The translations under genes and the position numbers were made by a program. From positions 23,448,558 through 23,512,557 of the forward strand of contig OZ316895.1 in NCBI GenBank assembly GCA_973895155.1: 64,000 bases of DNA, in the 5' to 3' direction. Under the pieces are notes generated by a model, which searched no databases, was not told where the DNA came from, and worked only from the letters and a program-made list of their open reading frames with translations. Below are positions 49,449 to 64,000 of the stretch, one piece after another (the first letter of the stretch is position 1; every line of letters begins with the position of its first letter). The stretch comes from Marsupella aquatica (taxonomy: Eukaryota; Plantae; Marchantiophyta).

Positions 49449-52400
49449 ACATCACGAGTGTTTTATTATGGAGGATCATCTCCCATACACAGCAGGATTG
49501 GCATTTTAGGTGGGCCATGCTTCACTAATTGTTTCTTGCAATCCCATCTTCAATGCTTGCCCAACAATCCTATATTGCAATGGAGTGTTGTTTTCAGAAG
49601 TTTGTTTTAACTGACAGGGTGAATTCTGTGACCTCTTGTGCAAATTGGCTCAATTCTAAAAAGCATGCTCGATGAGGTTCAAGGAAACCACTCTCATGGG
49701 GAATCAGCAAGTTAGGACATCCAGAAGTAATCAATCAATATATGCCTTATTACAATCTTTCTGTTATGGAAAACATTGATTTGTGCAAGCTGTTGCAACC
49801 TTTAAACTTCTACAGTAGCTACACTGTGCACCGCAATTAGTGATTATACGTTAGGGTGCACGATCGATACGTTACTGTATTAACAATTGCAAACCAAGTG
49901 AGCATTTGATCCAGGCCCAAAGTTGTTACTCCCCATTCCATACAAGTCCATGCACCAATCAGAAGTCAAAATCCCAGGCATTCCACCCTCAGATGGAGCC
50001 ACTTATACCCATAGTTTACCCCTTCCAGGCCTTTATGCTACACAAGTTTGTGAAGTTCCGACTCTCTTTCACATGCAGATAGGATCTGTCTCCCTTCCAA
50101 GCCCTAACACCCATGAGATTTGGAACTCTGCATTTGGGCAAAGAAATCAAGAACAAAAATGTCTATCTTACCCCCTAACGATTGGATTGCAGAAATAGTG
50201 CATCTCTAGTGTGCAAGAAAGATCTCTAACACTTAACAGGTACATAGCTAATGCCTGTCAAAGCAAAATTGACAATGCTTCAAGTGTGAACTAATACGCT
50301 AAAGTTTAATATAAACAGGACAAGCAGGATATTTCAAACATGAAAATCAGACAACTGAATTAACCAACTACAAAGAAATTAGAAGTACAAAATGAGACTC
50401 CAAATTAAAATCAACCACTCAATTGAAGCATAGAATAGTACTCATCAACAGCAACCATACCTGGCCAGCTGTGTGTTGTTGTGTGGGAAAGTCTCACCTA
50501 GTGACCATCTACTACCCATCTACCTCAGTGCTAGCCGTTGACCTGGATGGCTGATTTATACCCTCTTTTAGGTCCAATTTAATGACTCTCGAGCTGTCAT
50601 TTGAAGTTAGGGCACAAAGAAAGAGTGCACAATGAGCTTTTCCCTAACCCAAACCGGCCCTCAAACTACAAACAGCCTTCCACTTAACAAGGAGATCTGA
50701 GGGCAGGCACTCTCTGGCGCTTGTGAGGGTGGAATACAAGTCTAAGCTCCTATTATTGATGCTTCTTTCACTGGCGCATCACCAGTCCCTTTGACATGGG
50801 TCCCTGACATGGGTGATGAAGGTAGCAACCCCGTCCCTTCATTTCTTTAAATTTAATAGATCTCAACTGTACGAGCTAGATAAGACCTCCCCAGAATAAT
50901 GACCAACTGAACTGTTTGATATGTATGGGATTGGCTAGATCCAATAACTTGGCAAAATATGGATTTGATCTCAAATAATGAATCAATATTCCTCCTTTTC
51001 CTTTTGTACAAGTGAAGGTGGGAAACCTTGCCACCCTGATTGCTAGTAAAGCATGATGCTTGCTGTCTTTTTGACTCTGAAAGGGAATAAGTTGAAGAGT
51101 TGTTGTTTGATGAGGATTCATTTGGTCCCACAGGAATCCTCCCTTCCTGGTTCTTTTCCATGGGGATCTTTTAATCTTTTCGATGTTATTGCCAGGGGGT
51201 TCTTTTCATGTTGTCGTGTGTGGGCGACCACGCACACCACACAATACAACCATGCGTAAAGTTTGACCTGGTGGCCTTAGTACAGTCAATCAAAGTAATC
51301 AATATATTTGGACAAATAATTCATGATTTTATCCTTGCGCTGTGTGCCCTTGTATTTCACTCGTCGGTTGTGAATAAAAGTTCTGATTTATCCAAAACAT
51401 GCCGTGTACTTTTGTATGTGGTAAAGCACAAAGTAAATGAAGGCTGTCAAAGAAAGTACGAGAGCGAAAATATTTGCTCAATGGATGAATCAAAAAGGGA
51501 AATGGTAGGGTTGAGATGCAACAAGTCAAAACAACGGAAACAAAACTCTGGTGCTCAATTGACTTTAAAAAAACTATCGCCACCATATAGCATGTGAAAA
51601 AATCAACTAAGGGGACTTCATAAGCTTGGATGGATCTCCATCCAAACCTCTAAACTCACATGTGATCAATTCTCAAATCTGTTTGTGAAAGTAGATTTCT
51701 TTAAGTCTATATTTATATCATTAACATTGGTTACATTTTCCACAGATCCCATACAATAATAATAATCTTACACCGTCTCCTCTTGGTAGTGCTTGTTGCC
51801 AAGGGGTGGTTTGGTGCAAAATCTAGGTGAAGTCCTTTACTTGAACCTCAACTTAGTTTTTTTAAGTTATGGTGATTTATTTGCCAAAATTAAGGGTCCA
51901 GATCTGGCCTTACATAGATCTAACGGTGGCGACTGTAGAGAATATTTGCTAACCAGAGGCTTCTCAGCTTGCCATGAGGGCCACCTGCTCAAAGAACAAA
52001 AAATTGTTAAACCCAGGATTCCAAAGGCAAGAAGAGCCCCAATAAGGGGAGAAAAAACAAGGAACCAGCTATCCAAAAACCCCAAAAATCGCTTGCAAAC
52101 AAAGCAAAAACAAAAGGAGGCCGAATTGATTCAAACTAACTAATGGCCGTTAGATCTCTCAGGATTTTAGGATAACCGTCAGATTAATGAACGGCTTCCA
52201 GTTCAGGGCCGGGTTGAGAGATGTAACGGCCGTCAGATTAGCCTCAATTCGGCCCTCAACTCGAAGTCATTCTTGGGAGGTACCTTCATGCACCATCGGT
52301 ACAAAACAAGGGCCGCGATGGGATGCTACTCTATGGGCCTATGGCCTATGGGTATGTAAGAAGGACCCCCATGGCCCCATGGAGGGGATCCAGGCTGTCT

Positions 52401-55400
52401 CGACTGGTTGCAAGGTCTCGTGGGGCCCAGTTGTCAGAGGAAGTGTCCCGTAGGCAGACCGACACGCGCTGTCTCATGCCATGCCATGGCGTTGCCCTGG
52501 CTGGGCATTGGACTGGAACTGGGACGACATTGTACCTTAGTGTTAACTTCGTTAGTGACTACATCTTTATTTTTTGAGTGATATTATTGATGGGACCCCA
52601 AAGGGTATTGCATTAGTTGATGGACCCCATGAGTGATACATACCCTTGATAGACCTTAAATCAACGGTCCTAAAATTTCATGTCAGTTGAGTAACACTTC
52701 TCAGTTTAGGGGTCCATCTAGTACTCTCTCTTATTTTTCCCAGCCAAAAATTATCTTAACTGCTTCCACTCGTGTACATTTTAATTTTTCCAAGCCAAAA
52801 GGGGCGCTCAGTTTACATTGTCAGGTATACCCTAACATTTTGTTTATACCTGGCCAAAACATGCCCTCTCACACGAGCGGTAGAGATGCGAAGTTCAGAG
52901 ACACGGACATGACACAAAGGCAACCATCTATGTCACAAAAAACACAAAATTGTAACCAGTATTGCTGGAGCACATTAAACAGTTTGTTAAGATTTCATTC
53001 TAATTGTTGAAGTCTACAAGCATTCCAGCCAACCTGTGACATTGTCCTGGCGTTGTCCAACACGTTAAATGGTACCACCAATGCAAAAGTGTATTCAATA
53101 AAAATTCAAGTAAAATTGTACACAGCAATGTTGGAGCACCTTTTTTAAGGTTGCTAAAATTTCATTTTAATTGTGTTAAAAAAGTCTGTTACAGTGGTGG
53201 ACATCATCAGAAATTGATGCTTGGATGGACGCCAAGGTTTAACTGTGCAACTCAGTGGACCTTGCGGATTTGAAACCTCGTTTGAAACCCAAAAGTGTGA
53301 CCAGTTATACAAAAGAAATATACTGTTTAAGTTCACAGCAATGTTTTAAATGGTCTATTTGATTGCCCTTCCTAGTTCTTGGTTGAATGTTGTGCTCCAT
53401 CCAGGCTTCTTTTCCATGTCATGGGATTTCCACTTTGGGGAATTTTACTGAAAATGAAGTATGGGTCTATCTAAAGGTTAGCCAAAAGTTTGGTTAGAAT
53501 TTTGCAACTAAGGTAGACTGCATACTATCACAGAGTATTCCTAATTAGTCCCTTGATCAGTCCATCATGGTTGGTGGTTTGTATCTATGGTCCATGAGAA
53601 CATCATTTTCTTAAAAAACATATATATCACTCTGCCAAGAACAAAAAGAGCCCAAAGGTAAGAGACCCAATAACAGGGCGAAAACAAGGGAAAGACAGTC
53701 CACAGGAAGACAAAAGACCCAAAAAGCCTGAGAGTCCTCACTATGGCAAATGAACTAATGCCTACTCAACAGTAAACTGAAAAGCATGCAAACTAAGGAG
53801 TGAAAAACATACGAGGGTCATGAAAAGAAATTTGTAGAAAGACCCTAATACCAGTAGCCTTCACCTTTGTGAAAGGACCAAATGTCCAATGGAGTAAAAA
53901 AAGAAAGATATATAGAGCCAAACACCAGAACTCAAAAGAGGAGGGCAAAAGTGACTCAAAAAACTGAGAAAGAGAAAAAGCTAGGAGAGAAAGATCCACC
54001 ACTCCAATAATGTGATGAATGAATGGTCCACATCTAATGCAAGAGTGTGAAGAGCCCTCTCTTATGGAAAAATCCTAACCAATCTAAACAATAGAATATG
54101 CAATCATGCATATTTTCTCTCATGGTCTGTTAATGATTTACCATTTTGGTAGGAGGCCTCCCTAGCTGTTGGATTACAGTGACATTCTCCCTTAGCCATG
54201 AGATGGACCTGAAGTCAGTGTTCGACTATCATGATTCTCCCTTAGCCATGAATACACCCATTTTTCTTCCAAGGAAATACACCCATTTTTATGCTTTGAT
54301 TGCGCCCGGGCTTGTTGTGGTTAGAGACAACAATCATGATTGTCGAACACAGACTGTGAGGCCCGACCAGTCACGCCGGGACCATAAGAGGCCTCGATTT
54401 CACACTAAACACAATAACATTCAATGTGTCGTGAAGCCATTCGTTTTTCCTAGGTGTACCCTGTTGCAATGCTCCTAACTGCCTCCGGGACCTCCCGTGA
54501 GGTGCCAGTTTTTTATTATTATATGAGATGCCCTAATGTTAACAACAATACACACTGGTATTGGGCTACCAAAGTACAATAAAATAAAATAGGCAAAGAT
54601 TTCGAGTACAACAACTCCTATCCCCTCTTGCACGGCTGTCACCATGGCTTGCAAGCGATGAGAAGATTACAGTACAGCAACAGCGGATGTGGGGCACCCA
54701 CCTCAGAACACGAAGAGTACAGTAGGAACGAATTATTTATTTAGTATCATTGTCATTGTCATTGAGGATCGCGGAAGCATCGGCACCAAAAGATTGCTGG
54801 CTGAGCTCTGATGCATCCTGCGTCAGCTGGACGTTTCATATAGAGCTGGTGATGGACAGTAGCAGTGCTTTTCGTCGCGGCCTGGACTAATAATCAATCA
54901 GTCACTCAGTCACCGCCCACCTTTTCAATCACTCAATCAGTCCTGCCCTGCTCTCTCATCAGCCGCGGATGCCACGGGCTCTCGATTCTCTCCACCCACG
55001 CTTTTTACAAATTGGAAAAGCGTCCATCACCGGCTCTGCTGAATCGGAGGACGACGAGCTTCGGGGCCTTGTGCGCGGACGAGGAAGCCACTACTTCTGT
55101 CTGCCCGGGAAAGGATGTTTGTCCGACCCTCAATCGTCAACGTTCGTCCTCTGATGGGCTGTTGAGCATTTAATTTACCGCTTTACAACTGTACACTCCT
55201 CAGTGTTTTTTCTCTCAGGGGACGTGCATGTTGTGATAATCACAGGCACACCTTCTCATTCCCGAGCTGGTGGGCTGGATTACTTGAGGCTCGTGCTCTG
55301 CAGTCTGGCTCTTTGCTGCTGAGAAGTTGGAGAAGTGGAGATCAACAGCTTAGGAGCCTGGCAATGTGGAGGAGGAGGAGGTGAATCACAGGGGGATGAG

Positions 55401-57174
55401 AGTGGACTGTGTACAACAATCAAGTGCTCGGTTGGCCCATCGAGATTGGTTTGAAACAGCTGGTGACGGTATGTGACTTGGAAAGCCCTGGATCTGATTG
55501 CTTGTTGCTGGTGTTGTAGTCTCGGTGGAGGAGGGGAGGAAGTTTTAGAGAAGAGTGGGGTCTTTGTGATTCAGGAAGTTGGGTGGGGCTCGTGGAGATC
55601 CCACCCAAAGTAGGATTGTGTTCTCTCTGCCATCGTGGGAGGGCGTTTTTGCATTCTCTTCGATTCGTGCCTGTTCTAGGTGAGTCTATGTGAGAGTGTG
55701 TAGTCGAGCTGCGGAAGCTGTGGACTCTGCAACGAAGTTCTACGGGGGCCTTCGTTGTTGGCAGGGTGAGTGAGTGGAGATTTCCAAAGGGAGAGCAATC
55801 ATATATGCTTTGATGTTTTAGGAAGGAGGTGAGCAATGGACTTCCGTCGTTCGTCCTTGGCTGGTCACACGGCTTGGATGCTACTGTAGTGGAAGATCAG
55901 TTTGTGCACTTGTAGTGCGGAGCATTGCATTGCGCCTGTCGTGCATAGATACGCACTGTACAAGAATGCTGTGGAGGGGCCTTCGGTCACTGCAAAGTGG
56001 GCCTCACGGTAGACCTTCACAGATTCGGGCCTCATCTCCGGCGTGTGCTTTCCTTGTGTCAGTGTAGACCCAGTTATTATTCGGCTAGTCGTCTCTGGGA
56101 AGACCACGTGGAGCTGTCAGCTCTTTCACTTTGTCCCGGATTCAGCTCTGAAATCCTGTTTGAGGACCGATGATGTCAATGTTATGATGACCTTTCGGTA
56201 ACGCACCACCTTGAATTGCGACATTGCTAATCCTTTTTAACGATAGCATATGTAACGCTCGAGGTGGTGTCATGGCCTATCGTTGTGATTGTGTCTGTCC
56301 TGGTTTGGTGCCCCTCCTACGGGAATTCGTAAGCCTTTTGATGGCCCGATATTGCACTGGTCCCGAAGGTGGACAGTGGGACTCTTCCCATGGACATCGG
56401 TAGACTGTAGATGTCCTGATGTTGGACTGTTTCCAAAAGGTGGACAATGGGAGTCGATGGGTGAGGTTGGGAATGCCCACAGACCGTCCGTGGTCTAGTA
56501 CTGGACCATGTCCGGAGGCGGTCAGTGAGAGGCCGGCTTACAGCTTATCACGGCCGCTACAAGAGAAGCAATGCTCACGTAGCCCACTCGATGCGGACTC
56601 GATGCCTGCACTTGTGGGTCTGTGATGAAGTGTGCTTTCAAGTTAATGGATGATCCACAGTCGTGACACCTGATGTGGATCTATGCAAATTTATTCGCGA
56701 AGTTGATAGCAACCTTGCAGAGTGTAGGAGGTGTATCGCACCCCATAGAGTTGTATGTTGAGAAGTGAAGTCCTGTGTAGCGTCCCTGGCGTCGTCCATG
56801 GAGCAGGTTATCTGCAAGGGCCCCTGTTCTTTTCCTCCCACAGTGTTGTGCAATTTCGACCTGTCTGGGGGAGAAGAGAATCCCCTACCTGGGTGCGGAG
56901 TTGGTTAGATTGCTCATCTGGGAAATGGTTAGTCGAAGTGTCATTTCGCAGCTTCTCTCTACAAATGTCGCTTCATGGGTTGTGATCACTATCAGTTTTA
57001 CCTTGTTTTTTGTTCAGACACCTGATCCGCAAAGATTGTCTGTTGGCAGGTCTGTCCATCTGGGGCTTGTGACTGCAACTTGCTGATCATAATGGTCAGC
57101 ATTTGGGATCACTTTGGGGCTATCTAAAGAGAACGACACCACGTTTGCGGCTCAATTCTAGCAGAGGCCCAAGG

Positions 57175-59293
57175 ATGGCTCTTCTTCCCGGATCTCGCGG
57201 TCTTGTGGCTTTCACGGCCATATTGGTCCTTGCCTGTCTTCAATTTACTGGTAGGTCACTCTTCTACTTTTGGCGGTCGTTGTTGTTTTAATTTTGCCGG
57301 GGATGTCTGCTGAGGGTGTTCAAAGAGTTTGCTTGTATTAATGGCAGCGGTTCTCCTCACGTGTAGGTGCGTACGACCCACTTGATCCTTTCGGAAACAT
57401 CGCCGTGAAGTGGGATATCCTGAATTTTGATGCCGATGGTTATGTGGTAAGTTATGTCCCTTCCAATCATGAGTTGTTTTCAATCCTCCAAAGGTCTTCA
57501 TACTCAAATGCGAACATCCTGTGTGTGTCTAGGAAACCGATTATCTCAGCATAGCGGCCTGCACAAATAGGAGTGTGCTCCCAATGCATGACTGTGACCC
57601 ATTCCATCCTACCTGGTAATCTTAGCAGGAGTTTCCCCAAGTAATTGCGAAATGGCTGTGCAGGTCATGGTCAGTATGTACAATACTCAGCAATTTCGAA
57701 GCATTGAAAAATACCATCTGGGGTGGACATGGGACAAGAACGAAGTGATATGGGCCATGCAAGGTGCGCAAGCAACTGAGCAGGGAGATTGCACATGGGT
57801 TGGTGCACCCTATCCCCACTCTTGCATTAAGACGCCTGATATCATCGACCTGGTTCCCGGTGTCCCGTATCCACAACAGGTTGCGAATTGTTGCCGGAAC
57901 GGAGTTATATCAGCACTTGCCCAGGACCCTGTGAATACAGTATCATCTTTCCAAATGCAAGTGGGAAAGGCTGGTAACACCAATGTAACAGTCAAAATTC
58001 CAACTAAGCTGACTCTTCGTACACCTGGGCCTGGATACACCTGTAGCGATCTGAAGAAGGTTGCACCGACCAGATTCCCCCAGAACAATGGGCTAAGACA
58101 CACTCAAGCAGCTCGTAAGTCCCAGTTTGTCACAATTTGAATGCCTCTACTGTTCGATTTGTTTGCTGTCAATTCATTCCTCAGGTTCTGACACGCACTT
58201 TCATATTGTGGCTCTATGCAGTTACTTGGAATGCGACCTGTACATACTCACAGTATTTGGCGCAAAAGGCTCCAACTTGCTGTGTATCGCTTTCTGCTTT
58301 CTACAGTTCGGACATTGTGAAATGCCCTGACTGTGCATGCAGCTGTAGTCCCAACGTCACAGGACCCGGAATACACTTACTTCCTGGATCTCAGCAGACG
58401 TGTATCTCCCCGTAAGTTGTCTGATCTCTTGGGAGTTCCTGCGTAGATTTGACTTTGTGAAGGCCTCAGGTTCAGTCGTGGGTGACATTGGAGTTGGCCA
58501 GAGATTTGACTAAGTTTTGAATGAATGTGTGATTCAGAAATACCAATTACAAAAATCTTCCGCAACTGGAAAATGGAATTACAAACAACGGTGTTCTAGC
58601 CACCCCTCCTTCGCTCTACTGCACAAATGATATGTGCCCTGTCAAGATTCATTGGCACATCAAAGAAAATTACGTCAACTATTGGAGAGCCAAAGTGACG
58701 ATTACGAATCGAAATTTTCGAAAGAATTACAGTGACTGGAATATCGTTGTCCAGCATGAGAACTTTGTCAATTTCACGGAGGCATTCAGCTTCACGCACC
58801 AGGCGCTGACTCCTTACGGCGATGTTGTTAGTAAGTATCTAGACTACTTCACGGTGCCTTGATTTGGTCTGCTTCGTTGTCAAATGTCGCAACCTCTTTG
58901 TCATGTCCTGTCCTGTCCTGTCCTGTCCTGTCCTGTCCTGTCCTGTCCTGTCCTCTTTACCTGAAACTCAGCTCAATTTCTTATGATGTGCTATCTATCA
59001 CAGATGATACCGCCATGTTCTGGGGAGTCCAATACTACAATCAGATGCTGCTGCAGGCCGGGCCAGAGGGCAATGTTCAGTCGGAGTTGTTGTTCGCCAA
59101 GGATTCAAAGTTTACGTGGAGTAATGGATGGGGATTTCCTACTCGAGTCTACTTCAATGGAGACGACTGCGTCCTCCCTGATTCTCAATCTTATCCACAG
59201 TTGCCTAATGATGGTTACAAGGCGCGAGTTGGGCTGTCTGCGGCGTTGTCACTACTACTGGCTATGGTGTTGACAATCTGCCTGTCCCTTTAG
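57175..59293 (+). CDS. COB: COBRA-family GPI-anchored cell-wall protein (COB subgroup), 6 exons, ~459 aa
   Basis: Exons 57175-57250, 57367-57446, 57664-58114, 58222-58411, 58538-58830 and 59004-59293; total 1380 nt. Contains a signal peptide, AYDPLDPFGNIAVKWD, LGWTW..EVIWAMQGAQATEQGDC, the CCVS motif (PTCCVSLSAFY), MCPVKIHWHIKENY..YWRAKVTITN, NDTAMFWG, GNVQSELL, GWGFPTRVYFNGDDC and a hydrophobic C-terminal GPI signal. Confidence 0.95.
58905..58952. repeat. (GTCCT)n microsatellite in the last COBRA intron
   Basis: About 9-10 consecutive TGTCC units. Confidence 0.95.
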
Positions 59294-62200
59294 TTGAGAA
59301 GCCTTCGATTAAAATTGTACCGACAATATCATCTCTTCCTTCAATGTAAAGAAGCCTTTGTACAGGAACATGAAGAGTACCTATCTGGTGACGTTTGTGA
59401 GTACCCAATTATTCGTAGTGACATGTCCAATCTTCAAATCAGGAACATCGTTTATGTCAGAATATTTTGAAAGTTTTCAACTTCATCGTCTGGAGTACAT
59501 CCAGCAGGTTCGTATTCCAGAGTTCCAAGCTGCCTCGACTGAGCCCTCTTTGGTTTCTTACTAAGCCAACACAGCCCCCTGCACTGTGGTGCCAGTTCAA
59601 CGCTCCAAGAACAGCTCCAAGAACAGTTTTGTTGCAAGTAATGATGGACCCTGCAGGAAAACGCGATGGAGTCGGATGTACGAAACTGGGATTAGGGTCT
59701 ATGTAAACGATATTCATAGAGAAATATATGATTCCCGTGCCGCCACGGTTGGAGGGTCAGGAGGAGAGAAGGTTTGGGGAAGCTTGAAGTTGACTACGTA
59801 TGAGCTCTATTACTTGCGCTGGGATAGTGGCCTGGTTCCTAAACATGCCTGACAGTCTAGTTTAGTAGTACTTTTAGACGAGCATATGGCCTGATCATGA
59901 AGGAGTGCCTCTTCACTTTCGAATAAGGGCAATTAAGTAAAGCCCTATCCCATTAAAGGTACATGTAACAAAGGTTGTTCGATCACTAATACATGACTTT
60001 CCAGTTACCAGAAGAAGTCTTTTGCCCAAGGCTGTGCTAGCACGTGCTACCAGGGTGGACAGGGAACATATTGCAGAGTCTTTTTTCACTGCACTATTTT
60101 CGGATCCTTTCTGCGTTCTACAAATGCAACGAGCTCCACTTGATCGATTTGCTCAAGTGGTTTCATTTCGTTACAATGTTCCTTGAGGCTGATAGATAGT
60201 GGACTATGAATTGCATGATCAGTATTGTTCGAACTAAAGTGATCTCCTCTTGCCTTTGGCCTTTATTGTGTCACGCTAACCCGTGTTTGACCAGTGTGGG
60301 ACAAGCTTTGGGCAATTCGGTCCCCACCTGAAGGCCAAAAGTAATTTGCTAGTACCAGGGATGACAAATTCCGGATAGGGAAAGGTGTAAGAGTCAATCA
60401 TTTGATGGTCTTGCGCTAAGAAAATTGTTTTTCCTCCTCGTGGTGCGTTCATGATTTGCAGAGTGGGCAGCATAGAAGTGGGGTTAACATGTCGTGGAGC
60501 TTCACAGTCTGGAATTTGGGTAATTGATGTCCCGGTACTCTTTGAAAAATAGCCCTTGAATGCAAACATATTCCTTGATTTTGGTGCAATCGATCTCCCT
60601 TTAGTCACCCTCATTCCTTATTTAGGCACCGTGGAATTTGTTCCTTGATTCAGGTTCTCAATGGAATGCTTTCCTCGATTCACGAAGCCCTCTGATCTCC
60701 ATTGTGCTCTGGTCACGGTATATCTCCCCAGAGCAAATTTGTATTTGAGCAGCCTGGTAGAACAGAATGCTTTAGGGAAGAGAGATACCTACAGGAATGA
60801 ATGTCAAGCACGGAAGAGAGCCTAGATGAAGTCCACAAATTATTTGGTGCTCACATGTATGACCTGCACAAACGAACCAGAATGCACAAAGGATCTATGT
60901 GACCCACAATGTCGTTAGTGATCGATGTACCTGTCTGTGTGATGATTACGCTTGATCCACATTAGGTTCATAGTAGAATTGTACTTAGCACGTACAGAAA
61001 ACAGGAGATCTACAAAGCTCGCACAGTAGGCGTATCATTACCTGACTACCAAGTTATACGAGAATGAAAGACAATGATGGGCTGAATAAATCTGCCTCGC
61101 AGAACAGATCTTTAAATAAATTATAGTCTTGACCTAAAATTCTCATCAGCACCTCTCGTTTACTGGTTCGATTATAGGGGCTCCATCAATCACTCACCAA
61201 CTTGTGTGATTCATGTTTGCTTATTGTAAAGTAAGTGTTTTACTCCTTGGGGCAGTACAGTAAATGTGGAGTTGCCACTAATATACGATTGGCGCTCGTT
61301 GTGTGTAAAGCATTTGACCCAACCTAACTACTTTACGAGTTTTCCCAGCGATGACCCCGATTGTATCCTCACATCTGAATCGCCCCAAAAGGGTTTGCAA
61401 GATTTGGGTAAAGAGATAGGCTGAAGGACCCAAGGTAGTTTTGCAAGAGTTGATATATCTTTTTCGCATATTCCATAACTTCTCAAGCGCAGAGTACCAA
61501 TCAGTTACAATTTCTCACGTTTCTTGTGTCCCACAAAGCGTTTTTCCATGAAATTTAGGTGAATTTCATTCTTGACCTGACTGACAGGATCACAACGAAG
61601 TCCTCCCGAACACTTAAAACCCCATGAGTAAAATCTTCACAGGCAACTGAGACAGCAAAAAGAGATCTCTACAGCCATAATTCCCGCAAGATGTCCAAAG
61701 TTCCTTTCAGTCAGACCCATCTTTGCGTATCTACCCATCCTCGTTGGCTCAGTCGAATCTTCTTTCCGAGATTAGCGGTAGTCGTTCCGTTCGTTTAGAC
61801 CGCTTTTAGACCGGGGAAAACACTGTTCTATCTTTGATTGCATTTCAGATTGGATAACGGGTCGATTGCAATGCCAGGTGCAAGATGCTGCGGACGTTCG
61901 TGAAGTGTGAGGATAGGTACGTAACGACGACCACTGAAGACTAACCCTACAAATGATAAAGGGTGAAGATCTACGTCAAAGTCGGCGCAAATTCCGTGAA
62001 TAAAGCTCAGGCTAAATGGACTTTTTGTGCATTATCCAAGGGCAGATGAGAACTACTACATACGGGAAGAGAGTCACAGCCACTTCCTGGCTGCACGAGA
62101 AAATCGGTCCCCAAAAATTTTCACTGCAGCTGTCTTCTCGAGAATGACATGAGTTCGTAATTGAATTCTCCGAATTCGGAATTCATTGCCGGTAGGAAGA

Positions 62201-62765
62201 TAAGTTCAGACATGTCACTAAACAACGTTTTTCAAAAACAACAGCTCCGTGTAAATCCACATAAAACAGTCCGCATCATCCTTGTCATACAGGTGCAATA
62301 AATGCGAAGTCAGGCACTCGGTTACTTTATCAGACCAAGACAAATTGCTGCTTGTGCATCGCCAATGTTCATGACATCCAATAAAGGTCGTTCCGTCAAA
62401 CTAGAATACTCACCTCCGTTACAAAACAGTACATTGTCAATTATTCCACATACGTGAATGAATGGATTGCTACATTGGTAGTTTGAGAGTGTACGAGGCA
62501 CATATTCAAACACTGATAATCTGTATTCAAACAAGTGCAACTCACAAAAAATTGACAATCAGTGCTGGAGAGATTTTCCACCGACCAAGACCTATAGTAC
62601 GATCAGAATCGCAATGTCCCACTTGTTCTCTTGCGCATCCAATATGAATGAATTCATAAACAAAAATTTATGTTGCGGCTGATGCCACGATGTGGGTTGA
62701 GCTTCTTGGAGAAGCATTACTGACAAGGCCCATTTTTTTTTCTGTGAAGAAGGCACTGAAGCTTA

Positions 62766-64000
<1,235 letters not shown>

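Noticed and set aside
53630-54010. Possible LINE 3' fragments here, at ~51985-52120 and at ~29740-30190
   Set aside because: Only weak compositional resemblance and short shared words; too decayed to call without a search.
59279-59293. COBRA ends in CLSL, a CaaX-like motif, near a prenyltransferase gene
   Set aside because: This is the hydrophobic GPI signal of a secreted protein and is normally cleaved in the ER. The gene neighbourhood is likely coincidental.

Overview
This is eukaryotic nuclear DNA from a land plant, judged by GT-AG introns and plant-type genes; a non-seed lineage is plausible but not provable here. Conserved genes: a plastid/mitochondrial-type monodehydroascorbate reductase (minus, runs off the left edge), protein farnesyltransferase beta subunit (13 exons), a 4-exon uncharacterised plant protein that the ORF track shows only in fragments, a COBRA-family GPI protein (6 exons) and chloroplast GAPDH subunit A (minus, runs off the right edge). 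The region ~8.8-36 kb is dynamic. It holds three intact and at least one broken paralog of an L-type lectin-RLK-like kinase with no ectodomain or transmembrane segment. Each copy begins with a 10-25 nt first coding segment and shares a long (~0.9-1.1 kb, shorter in the broken copy) upstream region with a positionally conserved upstream ATG. The window also has two 344-bp solo LTRs with target-site duplications, Helitron-type 3' ends with minisatellites, a SINE-like insertion and a 5'-truncated CRE-like (restriction-like endonuclease) non-LTR retrotransposon. Gene models were built by hand from splice consensus, phase and remembered family motifs; no database searches were run.
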